Shown here: piece by piece, positions 29,395 through 39,341 of the stretch
How the letters are laid out: each line of letters begins with the position of its first letter
Numbering within the stretch: the first letter of the stretch is position 1
Origin: Geopsychrobacteraceae bacterium
GTDB taxonomy: Bacteria; Desulfobacterota; Desulfuromonadia; Desulfuromonadales; Geopsychrobacteraceae
Length of the DNA stretch: 64,000 nt
NCBI GenBank assembly: GCA_963662315.1
Contig: OY759353.1
Span: 160,001-224,000, forward strand
Direction: 5' to 3'
Notes under the pieces: generated by a model
What the model was told of the DNA's origin: nothing
What the model saw: the letters and a program-made list of their open reading frames with translations, nothing else
Database searches by the model: none
Position numbers and translations under genes: made by a program

Positions 29395-30801
29395 ATGGTT
29401 GCGCCCCTGACTCCCTCTTTTTCCATTTTGCTGGTCGACGATGAAGCCTCATTTCTGCGCAGCATGAGCCTGACCCTGGAACGTACCGGGCGCATTAATA
29501 ATATTCTACGCTGCGAAGACAGTCGCAATGTTATGGCGTTATTGGCGAGTCATGATATCGGTCTGGTGCTTCTTGATCTGACGATGCCACATATCTCCGG
29601 TGAAGCGCTATTGCCACAGATTGTTGAACACTATCCTGAAGTGATGGTCATTGTCGTCAGTGGCCTTAACCAGGTTGAGACCGCTGTTTCCTGTCTGAAG
29701 CAGGGGGCCTTTGATTATTTCGTTAAAACCGAGGAAACGGATCGCCTGGTCAGCGGGGTCGAGCGCGCGATCCGTATGCTGGAGTTACAGCGCGAAAATC
29801 AACAGATGCGCGAAACCTTTCTTCGGGATCGTCTTGAACATCCCGAAGCGTTTAGCACTATCATCACCTGCAACAAAGGGATGCGTAGCGTATTTCAATA
29901 TCTGGAAGCGGTGGCGCAAAGCAGCCTGCCGATTCTTATCACCGGGGAAAGCGGCGTTGGTAAGGAGCTGTTCGCCCAGGCGGCTCACCGCTTAAGCGCA
30001 CGTTCCGGTCCGTTGGTTTCGGTTAATGTCGCTGGTCTTGATGACAACGTGTTTGCCGATACCCTGTTTGGTCATGTGCGGGGCGCATTTACCGGCGCTC
30101 GCGACGCGCGACGCGGCATGGTTGAGGAGGCTGCCGGTGGTACCCTGTTTCTGGATGAGATTGGTGATTTGAGCCTGGCGTCGCAGATCAAACTGTTGCG
30201 TCTATTGCAGGAAGGGGAGTACTTCCCTCTTGGTAGTGACAAGCCGAAGAAGATGAAGGCGCGCATTATTATTGCAACCCATCAGGATTTACGCAAACGT
30301 CACGCGGCCGGTGAATTCCGTAAAGATCTCTACTATCGACTACGCACGCACCAGGTGGAAATCCCCCCCCTTCGGGAGCGCAAAGAGGATATTCCGCTGT
30401 TGCTGGATCATTTTCTTGACCTGGCCGCAACCGAATTTGGCAAGAAAAAACCCACCGTTCCCAAAGAATTACCAGTATTGCTGGCAAGCTATCACTTTCC
30501 CGGGAATATCCGAGAACTGCGGGGGATGGTTTTTGATGCCATGAGCCTGCATAAAGAGATGATGCTGTCCATGGCGCAGTTCAAAAAGGGGATGCATATG
30601 GATGTGGCGTTGCCCCTGGCTGAACAACGTTCCAGTATCTTTCTCCCGTCTGCACAACTGCCACCTCTTGACCAGATAGCGGATGTCCTGGTGCTTGAAG
30701 CGATGGAGCGTGCTCAGGGGAATCAGTCGATCGCTTGCAGGCTGTTGGGAATCTCTCAACCGGCCTTAAGCAAGCGTCTGAAAAAACTTGGCAGAGACTA
30801 A
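29395..30801 (+). CDS. NtrC-family sigma-54 response regulator
   Basis: LVDDE, LLDLTMP receiver; GESGVGKE, GAFTGA, FLDEIG, C-terminal HTH. Confidence 0.93.
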   Translation: MVAPLTPSFSILLVDDEASFLRSMSLTLERTGRINNILRCEDSRNVMALLASHDIGLVLLDLTMPHISGEALLPQIVEHYPEVMVIVVSGLNQVETAVSCLKQGAFDYFVKTEETDRLVSGVERAIRMLELQRENQQMRETFLRDRLEHPEAFSTIITCNKGMRSVFQYLEAVAQSSLPILITGESGVGKELFAQAAHRLSARSGPLVSVNVAGLDDNVFADTLFGHVRGAFTGARDARRGMVEEAAGGTLFLDEIGDLSLASQIKLLRLLQEGEYFPLGSDKPKKMKARIIIATHQDLRKRHAAGEFRKDLYYRLRTHQVEIPPLRERKEDIPLLLDHFLDLAATEFGKKKPTVPKELPVLLASYHFPGNIRELRGMVFDAMSLHKEMMLSMAQFKKGMHMDVALPLAEQRSSIFLPSAQLPPLDQIADVLVLEAMERAQGNQSIACRLLGISQPALSKRLKKLGRD

Positions 30802-31082
30802 GCCTTTTCCTGCCAAACCACTGAAACTCTTTTCTTTTTAGAGACGATAATATTTTTCTAGCCATCTGAAATCGCTCACTGAGGTGGGCGTTCAGCCCCT
30901 ATAACCTGAAGGGGTGCTATAACCTTCGGGATAATTCCATAAGTTACTGTTATGCAATAGCAAATCGTCCTTTGGTAGCATTATTTGCCTGCTCAGGTTA
31001 TACCCCCCTTTGCGCTGTTTCTGCCTTTCTGTGTTGTTGTTTTTTTCTTATATTTCAGCCGTTTATTAACTCTTTTCTGGCC

Positions 31083-31098
31083 TGGCATCTACCTTGCT
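31083..31098 (+). promoter_or_regulatory. Sigma-54 promoter of the aspA operon
   Basis: TGGCAT-CTACC-TTGCT, downstream of the NtrC-type gene and about 105 bp before aspA. Confidence 0.8.
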
Positions 31099-31204
31099 CT
31101 ATAACGGTGTGTCCGGTTTCCTGATCCGGAGCCGGAATGTCAGCCATCAGGCGGCACGTGTCGCCGATGGCATTTTCCCAGTGCGAAAGAGGAGAGCATT
31201 CGAG

Positions 31205-32599
31205 ATGGCAGATCAACAACGGCTTGAGCATGACCTGATTGGCGACAAAGAAGTTCCGGCACACTGCTACTACGGTATCCAGACCCTGAGGGCGTTGGAG
31301 AATTTCCCGATTACCGGTATTCCTATCGGTAAAACCCCAGAATTAATCCGTGCTCTGGCTTTCGTTAAAAAGGCCGCGGCCCTTGCCAACCTGGAGCTGG
31401 GGCAATTGTCCGGTGACTTGGCAAAACATATCTGTGTCGCCTGTGACGAGATCATTGCCGGTGAGCTGCATGAGCATTTTGTGGTTGATGTGTTTCAGGG
31501 TGGGGCAGGGACCTCGACCAACATGAACGCCAATGAAGTGATCGCCAATCGTGCCCTTGAACTGATGGGGCACAGTAAAGGGGAGTATCAGTTCTGCCAC
31601 CCTAATAACCATGTCAATTGTTCCCAATCGACTAATGATGTCTACCCGACCGCTTTTCGCCTGGCATTGCATGCTGAAATCAAAAAACTGATGAAAAAGA
31701 TGCGCAAATTGCAACAGGGCTTCGCCGCTAAGAGCCTTGAATTTGCCGACGTCATAAAAATGGGAAGGACCCAGCTACAAGATGCTGTCCCTATGACTCT
31801 GGGGCAGGAGTTTTCCGCTTACGCAACAACTATAGGTGAAGATATCTCCCGTTTACACGAAACCCATAATCTGGTCCATGAAATCAACCTTGGTGCTACG
31901 GCCATTGGTACCGGAATCAATGCTCCGTCCGGGTATACCCGGATTGTTACGGAACAGTTGCGGACTCTGACAGGAATTCCGCTGGAAACCTCTGCGAATC
32001 TGGTTGAAGCCACCTGGGATACCGGTGCCTATATGCAGATATCCGGCGTGTTAAAGCGGTTCGCCGTCAAATTATCCAAGATCTGCAGTGATCTGCGCCT
32101 GTTATCGTCCGGGCCGCGCGCCGGTCTTAATGAAATCAATTTACCACGCCTGCAACCCGGGTCCTCCATCATGCCGGGTAAGGTCAATCCGGTTATTCCA
32201 GAGGTCGTCAACCAGATTGCCTACCAGGTTATTGGCGCCGATCTGACCATCACCATGGCATCGGAAAACGGTCAGTTGGAACTGAACGTTATGGAACCGG
32301 TGATCGCTTATAACCTGTTTCAGTCCCTCGAACTGCTTGGCCGCGCCTGCACTGTGCTTAACGAAAAATGTATTTCTGGCATTACCGCCAATCGCCAGCG
32401 CTGTCGCGACATGGTTGAGAGCAGCATTGGGCTGGTGACCGCGCTGAATCCCTTTATCGGTTATGAAAACTCTTCTGCCATCGCCAAAGAAGCGCTGGAA
32501 ACGGAGCGTTCAGTTTATGAGCTGGTTCTTGAGCACAACCTGCTCAGCAAAGAACGGCTGGATGAGTTGCTGACCGCCGAGAAGATGGCTCACCCCTGA
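31205..32599 (+). CDS. aspA: Aspartate ammonia-lyase
   Basis: QGGAGTSTNMNANEVIAN, QSTNDVYPT, KMGRTQLQDA, GSSIMPGKVNP, GQLELNVMEP. Confidence 0.95.
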   Translation: MADQQRLEHDLIGDKEVPAHCYYGIQTLRALENFPITGIPIGKTPELIRALAFVKKAAALANLELGQLSGDLAKHICVACDEIIAGELHEHFVVDVFQGGAGTSTNMNANEVIANRALELMGHSKGEYQFCHPNNHVNCSQSTNDVYPTAFRLALHAEIKKLMKKMRKLQQGFAAKSLEFADVIKMGRTQLQDAVPMTLGQEFSAYATTIGEDISRLHETHNLVHEINLGATAIGTGINAPSGYTRIVTEQLRTLTGIPLETSANLVEATWDTGAYMQISGVLKRFAVKLSKICSDLRLLSSGPRAGLNEINLPRLQPGSSIMPGKVNPVIPEVVNQIAYQVIGADLTITMASENGQLELNVMEPVIAYNLFQSLELLGRACTVLNEKCISGITANRQRCRDMVESSIGLVTALNPFIGYENSSAIAKEALETERSVYELVLEHNLLSKERLDELLTAEKMAHP

Positions 32600-32700
32600 C
32601 CAGACCTTCAGCGGGTGCCTGGCTTAGGGCACCCGCCTATATTGAACCGGATAATACCTGCCACTGGGAAAATTATCCGCAACTACAAGAGGAGATACTT

Positions 32701-34140
32701 ATGACCACCGCGACACCCGTACAACAACAGCCCCGGATGCCAGCCATGTGGCAGGTCTTTCTGGTGTTGGGAGGATTCCTGGCCCTGGCTTTTGCTTTTA
32801 CCGGGCTTGGTATTGAAATTCATCTGGCTATTTTTGCCGGTTGGTTTCTGGCTTTTGCCGTTGGCCGTATGGTTGGCCACGACTATCGCAGCATGGAAAA
32901 AGCCCTGACCAGCGGGATCAGTAATGGCATGGACGCGATCATTATCCTGCTGGCGGTTGGCGCTTTGGTGGGAACCTGGATTTCCGGTGGAGTCGTCCCG
33001 AGTCTGATTTACTATGGTCTGAAAGTGATCCATCCATCCATCTTTCTGCTCGCGACTCTGATTATCTGTTCATTGACGTCCATCGCGACCGGAACGTCAT
33101 GGGGCACGGCAGGTACTGCCGGGATTGCCATGATGGGGATCGGTGCCGGCCTTGGGATCCCTGCGCCTTTGACCGCCGGTGCGGTTCTGTCGGGAGCTTA
33201 TTTCGGCGATAAATTATCTCCCTTATCTGACAGTACGATATTGACCGCATCCATGTCCGGCATTGATGTCATGGACCATATCAAGGGGATGCTTCCCGGT
33301 TCGGTCATTGGCTACATTCTGGCCGCCATCGCCTTTACCGTGGCTGGCTTTACGGTAGGAAGCGGACATGCTGATCTGGGTCAGATTGACAGGGTTTTGG
33401 GGGCTATTGATAACATGTTTTATGTATCACCCCTCTGCCTGCTACCCATGGTTTTTGTCGTTGCCTTACTGGCCATGCGCAAACCTTCGATCCCGGTAAT
33501 TACTTTTGGCGCAGTGATAGGTATTGTCTGGGGGATCGTGTTTCAGGGTTTGTCTCCGGTGGCCGCAATCAGCACCGCCTGGAGTCAGATTCCCAAAGAC
33601 ACCGGTCTGGTCTTTATCGACAACATTCTCAGTCGCGGGGGCATGAACTCCATGCTCTGGTCCGTCGGTATCATCATTTTCGGTCTTGGTTTTGGTGGAC
33701 TGTTGGATCAGATCGGTGTGCTTAAAGTGTTGGCACAGAAGATCGAGAAAATGATCAAGGGGGGCGGTTCCCTGACAATAACCACAATTATTGTTGGTTT
33801 TCTCGGCAACCTGTTCGGTAGTGCCATGTACGTATCCCTGATTCTGACCCCCAAAATTATGGCTGCCAAATATGATGAGCTTGGTTACCACCGGCGGGTT
33901 TTGTCACGTAACACCGAGTTTGGTGGCACGCTGACTTCGGGTATGGTGCCGTGGAGTGACAACGGTATTTACATGGCTGGTATCCTGGGGGTCGCAACCC
34001 TCGAATACCTCCCTTATATGTGGTTATCCTACAGCTGTATCGCTGTGACGATTTTCTTTGGCTTTAGCAACCGTTTCATGTGGCGTAATCAATCTGGTGG
34101 AGTCGCTGAAACCGAGGTTGAATATCGTCAGGCTGCGTGA
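32701..34140 (+). CDS. NhaC-family antiporter (MleN-like; possible Asn/Asp/dicarboxylate transporter)
   Basis: TGTSWGTAGTAG, SGAYFGDKLSPLSD, LSRGGM, MVPW motifs; multiple TM helices. Confidence 0.88.
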   Translation: MTTATPVQQQPRMPAMWQVFLVLGGFLALAFAFTGLGIEIHLAIFAGWFLAFAVGRMVGHDYRSMEKALTSGISNGMDAIIILLAVGALVGTWISGGVVPSLIYYGLKVIHPSIFLLATLIICSLTSIATGTSWGTAGTAGIAMMGIGAGLGIPAPLTAGAVLSGAYFGDKLSPLSDSTILTASMSGIDVMDHIKGMLPGSVIGYILAAIAFTVAGFTVGSGHADLGQIDRVLGAIDNMFYVSPLCLLPMVFVVALLAMRKPSIPVITFGAVIGIVWGIVFQGLSPVAAISTAWSQIPKDTGLVFIDNILSRGGMNSMLWSVGIIIFGLGFGGLLDQIGVLKVLAQKIEKMIKGGGSLTITTIIVGFLGNLFGSAMYVSLILTPKIMAAKYDELGYHRRVLSRNTEFGGTLTSGMVPWSDNGIYMAGILGVATLEYLPYMWLSYSCIAVTIFFGFSNRFMWRNQSGGVAETEVEYRQAA

Positions 34141-34207
34141 AACCCGTTATCCGCGATGTGCCCCGCAGACGTATCGTGCGGGGCACATCAAATAAAGGAA
34201 CAGAGCA

Positions 34208-35194
34208 ATGAAGAAAATACTGCTTATTGCCACTGGCGGTACGATTGCCTGCAGCACAACAGAAGCAGGTCTTGCCCCGGTTGCCGATGCTGACAGTCTA
34301 CTTGCCTGTGTGCCGGAAATGCGCAGTTTGTGTCATTTGCAATCACTGTCATTAATGACCATTGACAGTACCAATATGACGCCTCAGAACATGGCGCAGA
34401 TTGCCCGGGCGATCTTTGATCATTATTGTGATTATGATGGTTTTGTCGTGACCCACGGTACAGATACTATGGGGTATACCTCTGCGGCATTGACTTATAT
34501 GCTGCCGCATATAGGTAAACCTGTTGTGCTGACCGGGTCGCAACTGGCTATGGAAGCGCCGCATACCGATGCCCGGCAAAATCTGTCGGACGCGCTGCGT
34601 TTTGTTCTTGAGGGGCAGGCTGGAATTTATGTGGTTTTTAATGGCAAGGTCATCAACGGCACACGTGCCATTAAAGTCAAGACCCACAGTATGGATGCTT
34701 TTGCCAGCGTTAATGCTCCTTTGGTGGCAGAAATCACTTGCGGAAAAATCCGTTACCCGGAACCTTTGCCGCAGGTCAGCCAACAGGCCTCCCTCCCGCA
34801 ACTTCTGGATCGCTTTTGCCCGGATGTGTTTCTGCTCAAAATATCCCCCTGTGTCCGTGCCGATATCTTTGATCTGATCCGCCAGAATTATCGCGGGTTG
34901 GTGATTGAAGGTTTTGGTATTGGTGGCATTCCCGGGCACCTGCTCGATGGGATTCAGCAGTTAATTGAAGCGGGTATTGCCGTTGTCATTGCCACTCAAT
35001 GTCTTGAAGAAGGGGTAGATCTGGGTATCTATCAGGTTGGTCAGGATCTGGCGCGACACAATGTAATTTATGCCGGGGATATGAATAGTGAAGCCCTGGT
35101 TATGAAACTGATGTGGGCACTGGGCAATTATGACAGTCTGTCTCAGATTAAACAGTTTATGGAAACGCCTGTTGGCGGGGATCGGCTGCAATAA
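34208..35194 (+). CDS. ansA: L-asparaginase type I (cytoplasmic)
   Basis: ATGGTIA, IDST, THGTDT, TGSQ, AFASVN; no signal peptide. Confidence 0.92.
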   Translation: MKKILLIATGGTIACSTTEAGLAPVADADSLLACVPEMRSLCHLQSLSLMTIDSTNMTPQNMAQIARAIFDHYCDYDGFVVTHGTDTMGYTSAALTYMLPHIGKPVVLTGSQLAMEAPHTDARQNLSDALRFVLEGQAGIYVVFNGKVINGTRAIKVKTHSMDAFASVNAPLVAEITCGKIRYPEPLPQVSQQASLPQLLDRFCPDVFLLKISPCVRADIFDLIRQNYRGLVIEGFGIGGIPGHLLDGIQQLIEAGIAVVIATQCLEEGVDLGIYQVGQDLARHNVIYAGDMNSEALVMKLMWALGNYDSLSQIKQFMETPVGGDRLQ

Positions 35195-35234
35195 ACAGGG
35201 TCAGTCGCTTTGAACGTTATTATTCCAATCCGTC

Positions 35235-35276
35235 ACGCCCTCTTGCTGGTCAGCAATGAGGGCGTTGGTGTTTTTT
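35235..35276 (+). terminator. Rho-independent terminator after asparaginase
   Basis: ACGCCCTCTTGCTG...CAGCAATGAGGGCGT followed by a T-run. Confidence 0.6.
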
Positions 35277-35388
35277 ACGATAATGTCCTTTTCAACTCTG
35301 ATATAACTCTGTAATCAGTTGTTATAACCTGTCTATCCCGGTGGGGTTGCCCACCTGGAGGCTCTCTTACCTGTGGTGGATACTGAAT

Positions 35389-37371
35389 ATGTTGCCAAAC
35401 GGTTACCCTTTTGAGCTCAATCATATCTATGACTGCTGGAAACGGGTTGTGCGCGACGCAGAGCCTCCATGTCCGTCCATGAGCATTGATCCGGCCGTTC
35501 TGCATTCCTGGCAGCGTTGCCTTTTGGGGCAGGGGAGAACGTCTGCCGGAACCCGCAATGTTTCTTCCCGCGATACTTCTGCCCTAGCCAAGAAAAATCG
35601 TGAATTTCTGATTAATGATGGTCTAAGCCACCTGGAAGATTGTCATCAGTATCTTGAGGGAACCAAGTCGGTCCTTGCTCTGGCCGATGGCGATGCCGGG
35701 TTTATCCATGTTATAGGTGATCATGATATGATTTTTCATGTGGCTCGCCTCGGGGTACGGGCCGGAACCTGCTGGGATGAACATCAGGCCGGAACCAATG
35801 CCGTGGCTTTGTGTCTTGAGCATGCCGCTCCCACTCAGGTCATTGGTGCCGAGCACTTTTACAGTACCATGCATAGCCTGGCAACGACGGCAGCGCCGGT
35901 TCATGACATCAATGGGCGGATTATTGCTGTTATCGCCCTGATTACCCCGGTTCAGGATATTACCCGTCATGCTCTGTCCATGATCATGACGGTGGCCAAG
36001 GCGTTGGAAAACAGTATGCAGGCACAACATTGCCTGGATGAATCAACGTCCCGTCTGATTGAAATGAACGCTATCCTTGGTTCCATTGCAGATGGGATTA
36101 TCGTCTGGAACCATGAAGGTATTGTGACCCATATCAATGCCAAGGCCTCCAACCTGCTGGGGTTATCGATTCCGGTTGTACAGGGGACCTGGGTTGGTGC
36201 GGTTATGCATCTTCCTGAAGTCGTTCGCCAGGCCTGGGAGCACAGCCAGGTTCTGACCGATGTGGAAACGACTTTTGCTGTCGGCTCGCGGCATGTCCCG
36301 GCACTGGTGTCATTGCAACCGTTCCAGGTTGATGCCGGGCAGGGGGGTGCTTTTCTGTTGGTTTTGAGAGCGATTGCTGATGTCAGACGTCTGGTGAATT
36401 TTCAGACCGGAACCCAGGCGCGTATCAGTTTTAATGATCTGCCGGTCAAATCTGCGGCCATGAAGCGGGTGGTCAGGCAGGCGCGTTCGGCCGCTGACAG
36501 TATGGCTCCTGTTCTGTTGCGCGGTGACGATGGTGTCGGGCGTATTCAGCTGGCCCAGGCCATCCACAATGAAGGGCCACGGGCGGGGAAACCTTTTGTT
36601 GCCATCAACTGCAACGCGATTCCTCTGGAATTGATGGCTGCCGAACTGATTGGTAGTGGGAGTGGTAAAGACAGCCCCGGGCAGCCCAGTAAATTTGAAC
36701 TTGCCGATGGTGGGACTTTGTTACTGGATCGGGTTGAGGCTTTGTCACGGGAGATGCAGTCTGCTCTGGTTCACCTGATCGAAAACGGCACGGTGCTACG
36801 TCTTAGGAGTCATGAGCCGATTGCTGTTGATGTTCGCATTATTGCGCTGACTTCGGCAGATCTGGAAAAAATGGTTGCAGAAGGGACTTTCAGTCGCCGC
36901 CTTTATTATACCTTTTTTGTCTTTTCCATCGTGGTGGCGGCTTTGCGGGAACGCCCCGAAGATATTCGCTTTGCTGCGCAGCGCTGCCTGGAGCGGCTGG
37001 GGCAGCAGCGTGGCCTTGAGCTGGGGCTAAATGACGCTTGTCTGAAAATCCTTGAAACCTACCATTGGCCGGGAAATTTGCGAGAACTTGAAATTGCCTT
37101 AGAGCAGGCAGCCGGACAGTGCCAAGGCGGGATAATTACGCCTGACGACCTGCCTGATGCCGTGCGCAGCAGGCGGCTGTTTGACATTCCGGCCCCGGCC
37201 CATCAGGTATTGTCTGCGCGTGAGGCGCAGCGCGAAGCGATTAAGCGGGCTGCCTGGCTGACGGGAGGCAAAGTTGGTGCTATGGCCGATATGCTTGGCC
37301 TCAGTCGCACAACGCTGTGGCGTCGCCTTAAAGATATGGACATTTCGGTAAAGCACTATCGCCAACGCTAA
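35389..37371 (+). CDS. dhaR: DhaR-like GAF-PAS-AAA+-HTH transcriptional activator
   Basis: SWQRC, GTNA, AEHF GAF motifs; PAS; AAA+ lacking GAFTGA (ELIGSGSGKDSPG); HTH SRTTLWRR; upstream of dhaKLM. Alternative start 35341. Confidence 0.8.
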   Translation: MLPNGYPFELNHIYDCWKRVVRDAEPPCPSMSIDPAVLHSWQRCLLGQGRTSAGTRNVSSRDTSALAKKNREFLINDGLSHLEDCHQYLEGTKSVLALADGDAGFIHVIGDHDMIFHVARLGVRAGTCWDEHQAGTNAVALCLEHAAPTQVIGAEHFYSTMHSLATTAAPVHDINGRIIAVIALITPVQDITRHALSMIMTVAKALENSMQAQHCLDESTSRLIEMNAILGSIADGIIVWNHEGIVTHINAKASNLLGLSIPVVQGTWVGAVMHLPEVVRQAWEHSQVLTDVETTFAVGSRHVPALVSLQPFQVDAGQGGAFLLVLRAIADVRRLVNFQTGTQARISFNDLPVKSAAMKRVVRQARSAADSMAPVLLRGDDGVGRIQLAQAIHNEGPRAGKPFVAINCNAIPLELMAAELIGSGSGKDSPGQPSKFELADGGTLLLDRVEALSREMQSALVHLIENGTVLRLRSHEPIAVDVRIIALTSADLEKMVAEGTFSRRLYYTFFVFSIVVAALRERPEDIRFAAQRCLERLGQQRGLELGLNDACLKILETYHWPGNLRELEIALEQAAGQCQGGIITPDDLPDAVRSRRLFDIPAPAHQVLSAREAQREAIKRAAWLTGGKVGAMADMLGLSRTTLWRRLKDMDISVKHYRQR

Positions 37372-37372
37372 T

Positions 37373-37417
37373 CATTCAATATGAAACTAAATTCAATAAA
37401 GTGTTTCAAAATGAAAC
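37373..37417. promoter_or_regulatory. Candidate DhaR binding sites
   Basis: GTTTCA-AAA-TGAAAC palindrome (37403-37417) and a related CATTCA-ATA-TGAAAC 30 bp upstream. Confidence 0.5.
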
Positions 37418-37525
37418 CAAATTACGATTTTTTTTGTCATGTTATGTTCGAAAACGTACAAATGGTGCGGTACCGAAAATAGTCACATTTTTCAGGTTGG
37501 CATTAACTTAACGGGAGGACGAAGC

Positions 37526-38590
37526 ATGAAAAAACTGGTCAATGATACCGAGCAGGTGGTTGTCGAACAGCTGGAAGGGATGGCGGCGGCTCATCCTGAA
37601 TTGCAGGTCAATATTGCTCCTCACTATATTTGCCGGGCGCAAAAGGCCGACAAGGTTGTCATCATTTCCGGCGGGGGCAGTGGCCATGAGCCGATGCATG
37701 GTGGCTATGTCGGCACCGGAATGTTAGATGGCGCCTGTCCCGGTGAAGTCTTTACCTCACCAACCCCCGATCAGATGTACGAATGTGCAAAAGCTATTGC
37801 TGGGCCTAAAGGGGTCCTGTTTCTGGTCAAGAACTACACGGGCGATGTCATGAACTTTGAAACCGCGGCGGAACTGGTTGCGGCGGAAGGTATTCCGGTA
37901 CAAAGTATTCTGATTGATGACGATGTCGCTGTAAAAGATAGCCTCTATACTGCGGGCCGTCGTGGTGTAGGAACGACTGTCCTGGTGGAAAAAATTGTCG
38001 GAGCTGCAGCTGAAGCCGGGTATTCCCTGGAACAATGTGCCGATCTGGCGCGCAAAGTTAATCTCAATGGACGTTCGATGGGGATGGCCCTGACACCCTG
38101 TACGGTGCCAGCGGCAGGAAAGCCGAACTTTACCCTGGCTGAAGATGAAATTGAAATTGGTATAGGTATCCACGGTGAGCCGGGGATTGAGCGCAGTACG
38201 ATGAAGAGCGCGGATGAGATTACCGATATTCTGGCTCAGCACATTCTTGCCGACAAAGGGTACAGCCGTACCGTGCGCGAGTGGGATGGCAGCGCTGGTC
38301 AATGGGAAGAAAAACAGCTGGTTGATGAAGATCTCAACAGTGGGGAAAGTGTCATAGCTTTTGTCAACAGTATGGGGGGCACTCCTTTGTCTGAGCTTTA
38401 CACGGTGTACCGACGCCTGAACAAAGTCTGTGCTGATAAAGATATAAGAATTGTCCGTAACCTGGTAGGGCCCTACATTACAGCGCTGGAAATGCAGGGT
38501 GTTTCCATTACGCTGCTTAAAGTTGATGAAGAAATTCTCAAATTCTGGGATGCCCCGGTCAATACGCCGGGGTTACGCTGGGGAATGTAA
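37526..38590 (+). CDS. dhaK: Dihydroxyacetone kinase subunit K
   Basis: [31 protein letters not shown]. Confidence 0.95.
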   Translation: MKKLVNDTEQVVVEQLEGMAAAHPELQVNIAPHYICRAQKADKVVIISGGGSGHEPMHGGYVGTGMLDGACPGEVFTSPTPDQMYECAKAIAGPKGVLFLVKNYTGDVMNFETAAELVAAEGIPVQSILIDDDVAVKDSLYTAGRRGVGTTVLVEKIVGAAAEAGYSLEQCADLARKVNLNGRSMGMALTPCTVPAAGKPNFTLAEDEIEIGIGIHGEPGIERSTMKSADEITDILAQHILADKGYSRTVREWDGSAGQWEEKQLVDEDLNSGESVIAFVNSMGGTPLSELYTVYRRLNKVCADKDIRIVRNLVGPYITALEMQGVSITLLKVDEEILKFWDAPVNTPGLRWGM

Positions 38591-38703
38591 GCATGCTCGA
38601 GTTGCCGTTCTTCAGGCTGGGGGACGGCAACTGAAGTCACGGATTCAGAACAGATTAACCTTGGTAGCGGCTGCGGCGCTACCGATCTTGGAGGACCCAA
38701 CAG

Positions 38704-39333
38704 ATGGTTGTTACGAAACAGCAGATTATCGACTGGCTGGCCATGGTCGCTGATGTTATGGCTGCAAATAAAGAGTTGCTGATTGATCTTGACGCTGCGA
38801 TCGGCGATGGTGATCACGGCAGCAATATGAATCGTGGTTTTGCCAAGGTTCGGGAACAGTTGCCAAAGCTTGCCCAGGGCGATATCGGGACCATTCTTAA
38901 AACCACCGGTATGACGTTGATGTCCAGTGTCGGGGGCGCCAGTGGTCCTTTGTACGGAACCTTTTTCATGCGTGCCGGTATGGCTTTGGCTGCCAAGGAA
39001 GAGCTGGACAGTCATGACCTGCTGTCTCTGCTTCGTTCCGGCTGTGAAGGTATTGTTCAGCGTGGTAAACCGAACCTGGGGGATAAAACCATGTACGATG
39101 TCTGGCAACCCGTGGTGAATTGTTTTGAGCAGTCTTTAGCCGATCAGGATCTTCATGGTGCTCTGGTTGCCAGTGTCGAGGTGGGCAAAACCGCTCTGCA
39201 GGCGACCATTCCGATGCAGGCTAAAAAAGGGCGAGCCAGTTACCTTGGTGAACGAAGTATCGGTCATCAGGATCCGGGGGCGACATCGTCCTGGCTTATG
39301 CTGAACGCCCTGGCAGATGTTTTAAAAGGTTAA
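38704..39333 (+). CDS. dhaL: Dihydroxyacetone kinase subunit L
   Basis: IGDGDHG, GGASGPLYG, GDKTM, KGRASYLGERSIGHQDPG. Confidence 0.95.
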   Translation: MVVTKQQIIDWLAMVADVMAANKELLIDLDAAIGDGDHGSNMNRGFAKVREQLPKLAQGDIGTILKTTGMTLMSSVGGASGPLYGTFFMRAGMALAAKEELDSHDLLSLLRSGCEGIVQRGKPNLGDKTMYDVWQPVVNCFEQSLADQDLHGALVASVEVGKTALQATIPMQAKKGRASYLGERSIGHQDPGATSSWLMLNALADVLKG

Positions 39334-39341
39334 GGGACATT

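Noticed and set aside
38473..39108. 211-aa minus-strand ORF
   Set aside because: Antisense to dhaK/dhaL.
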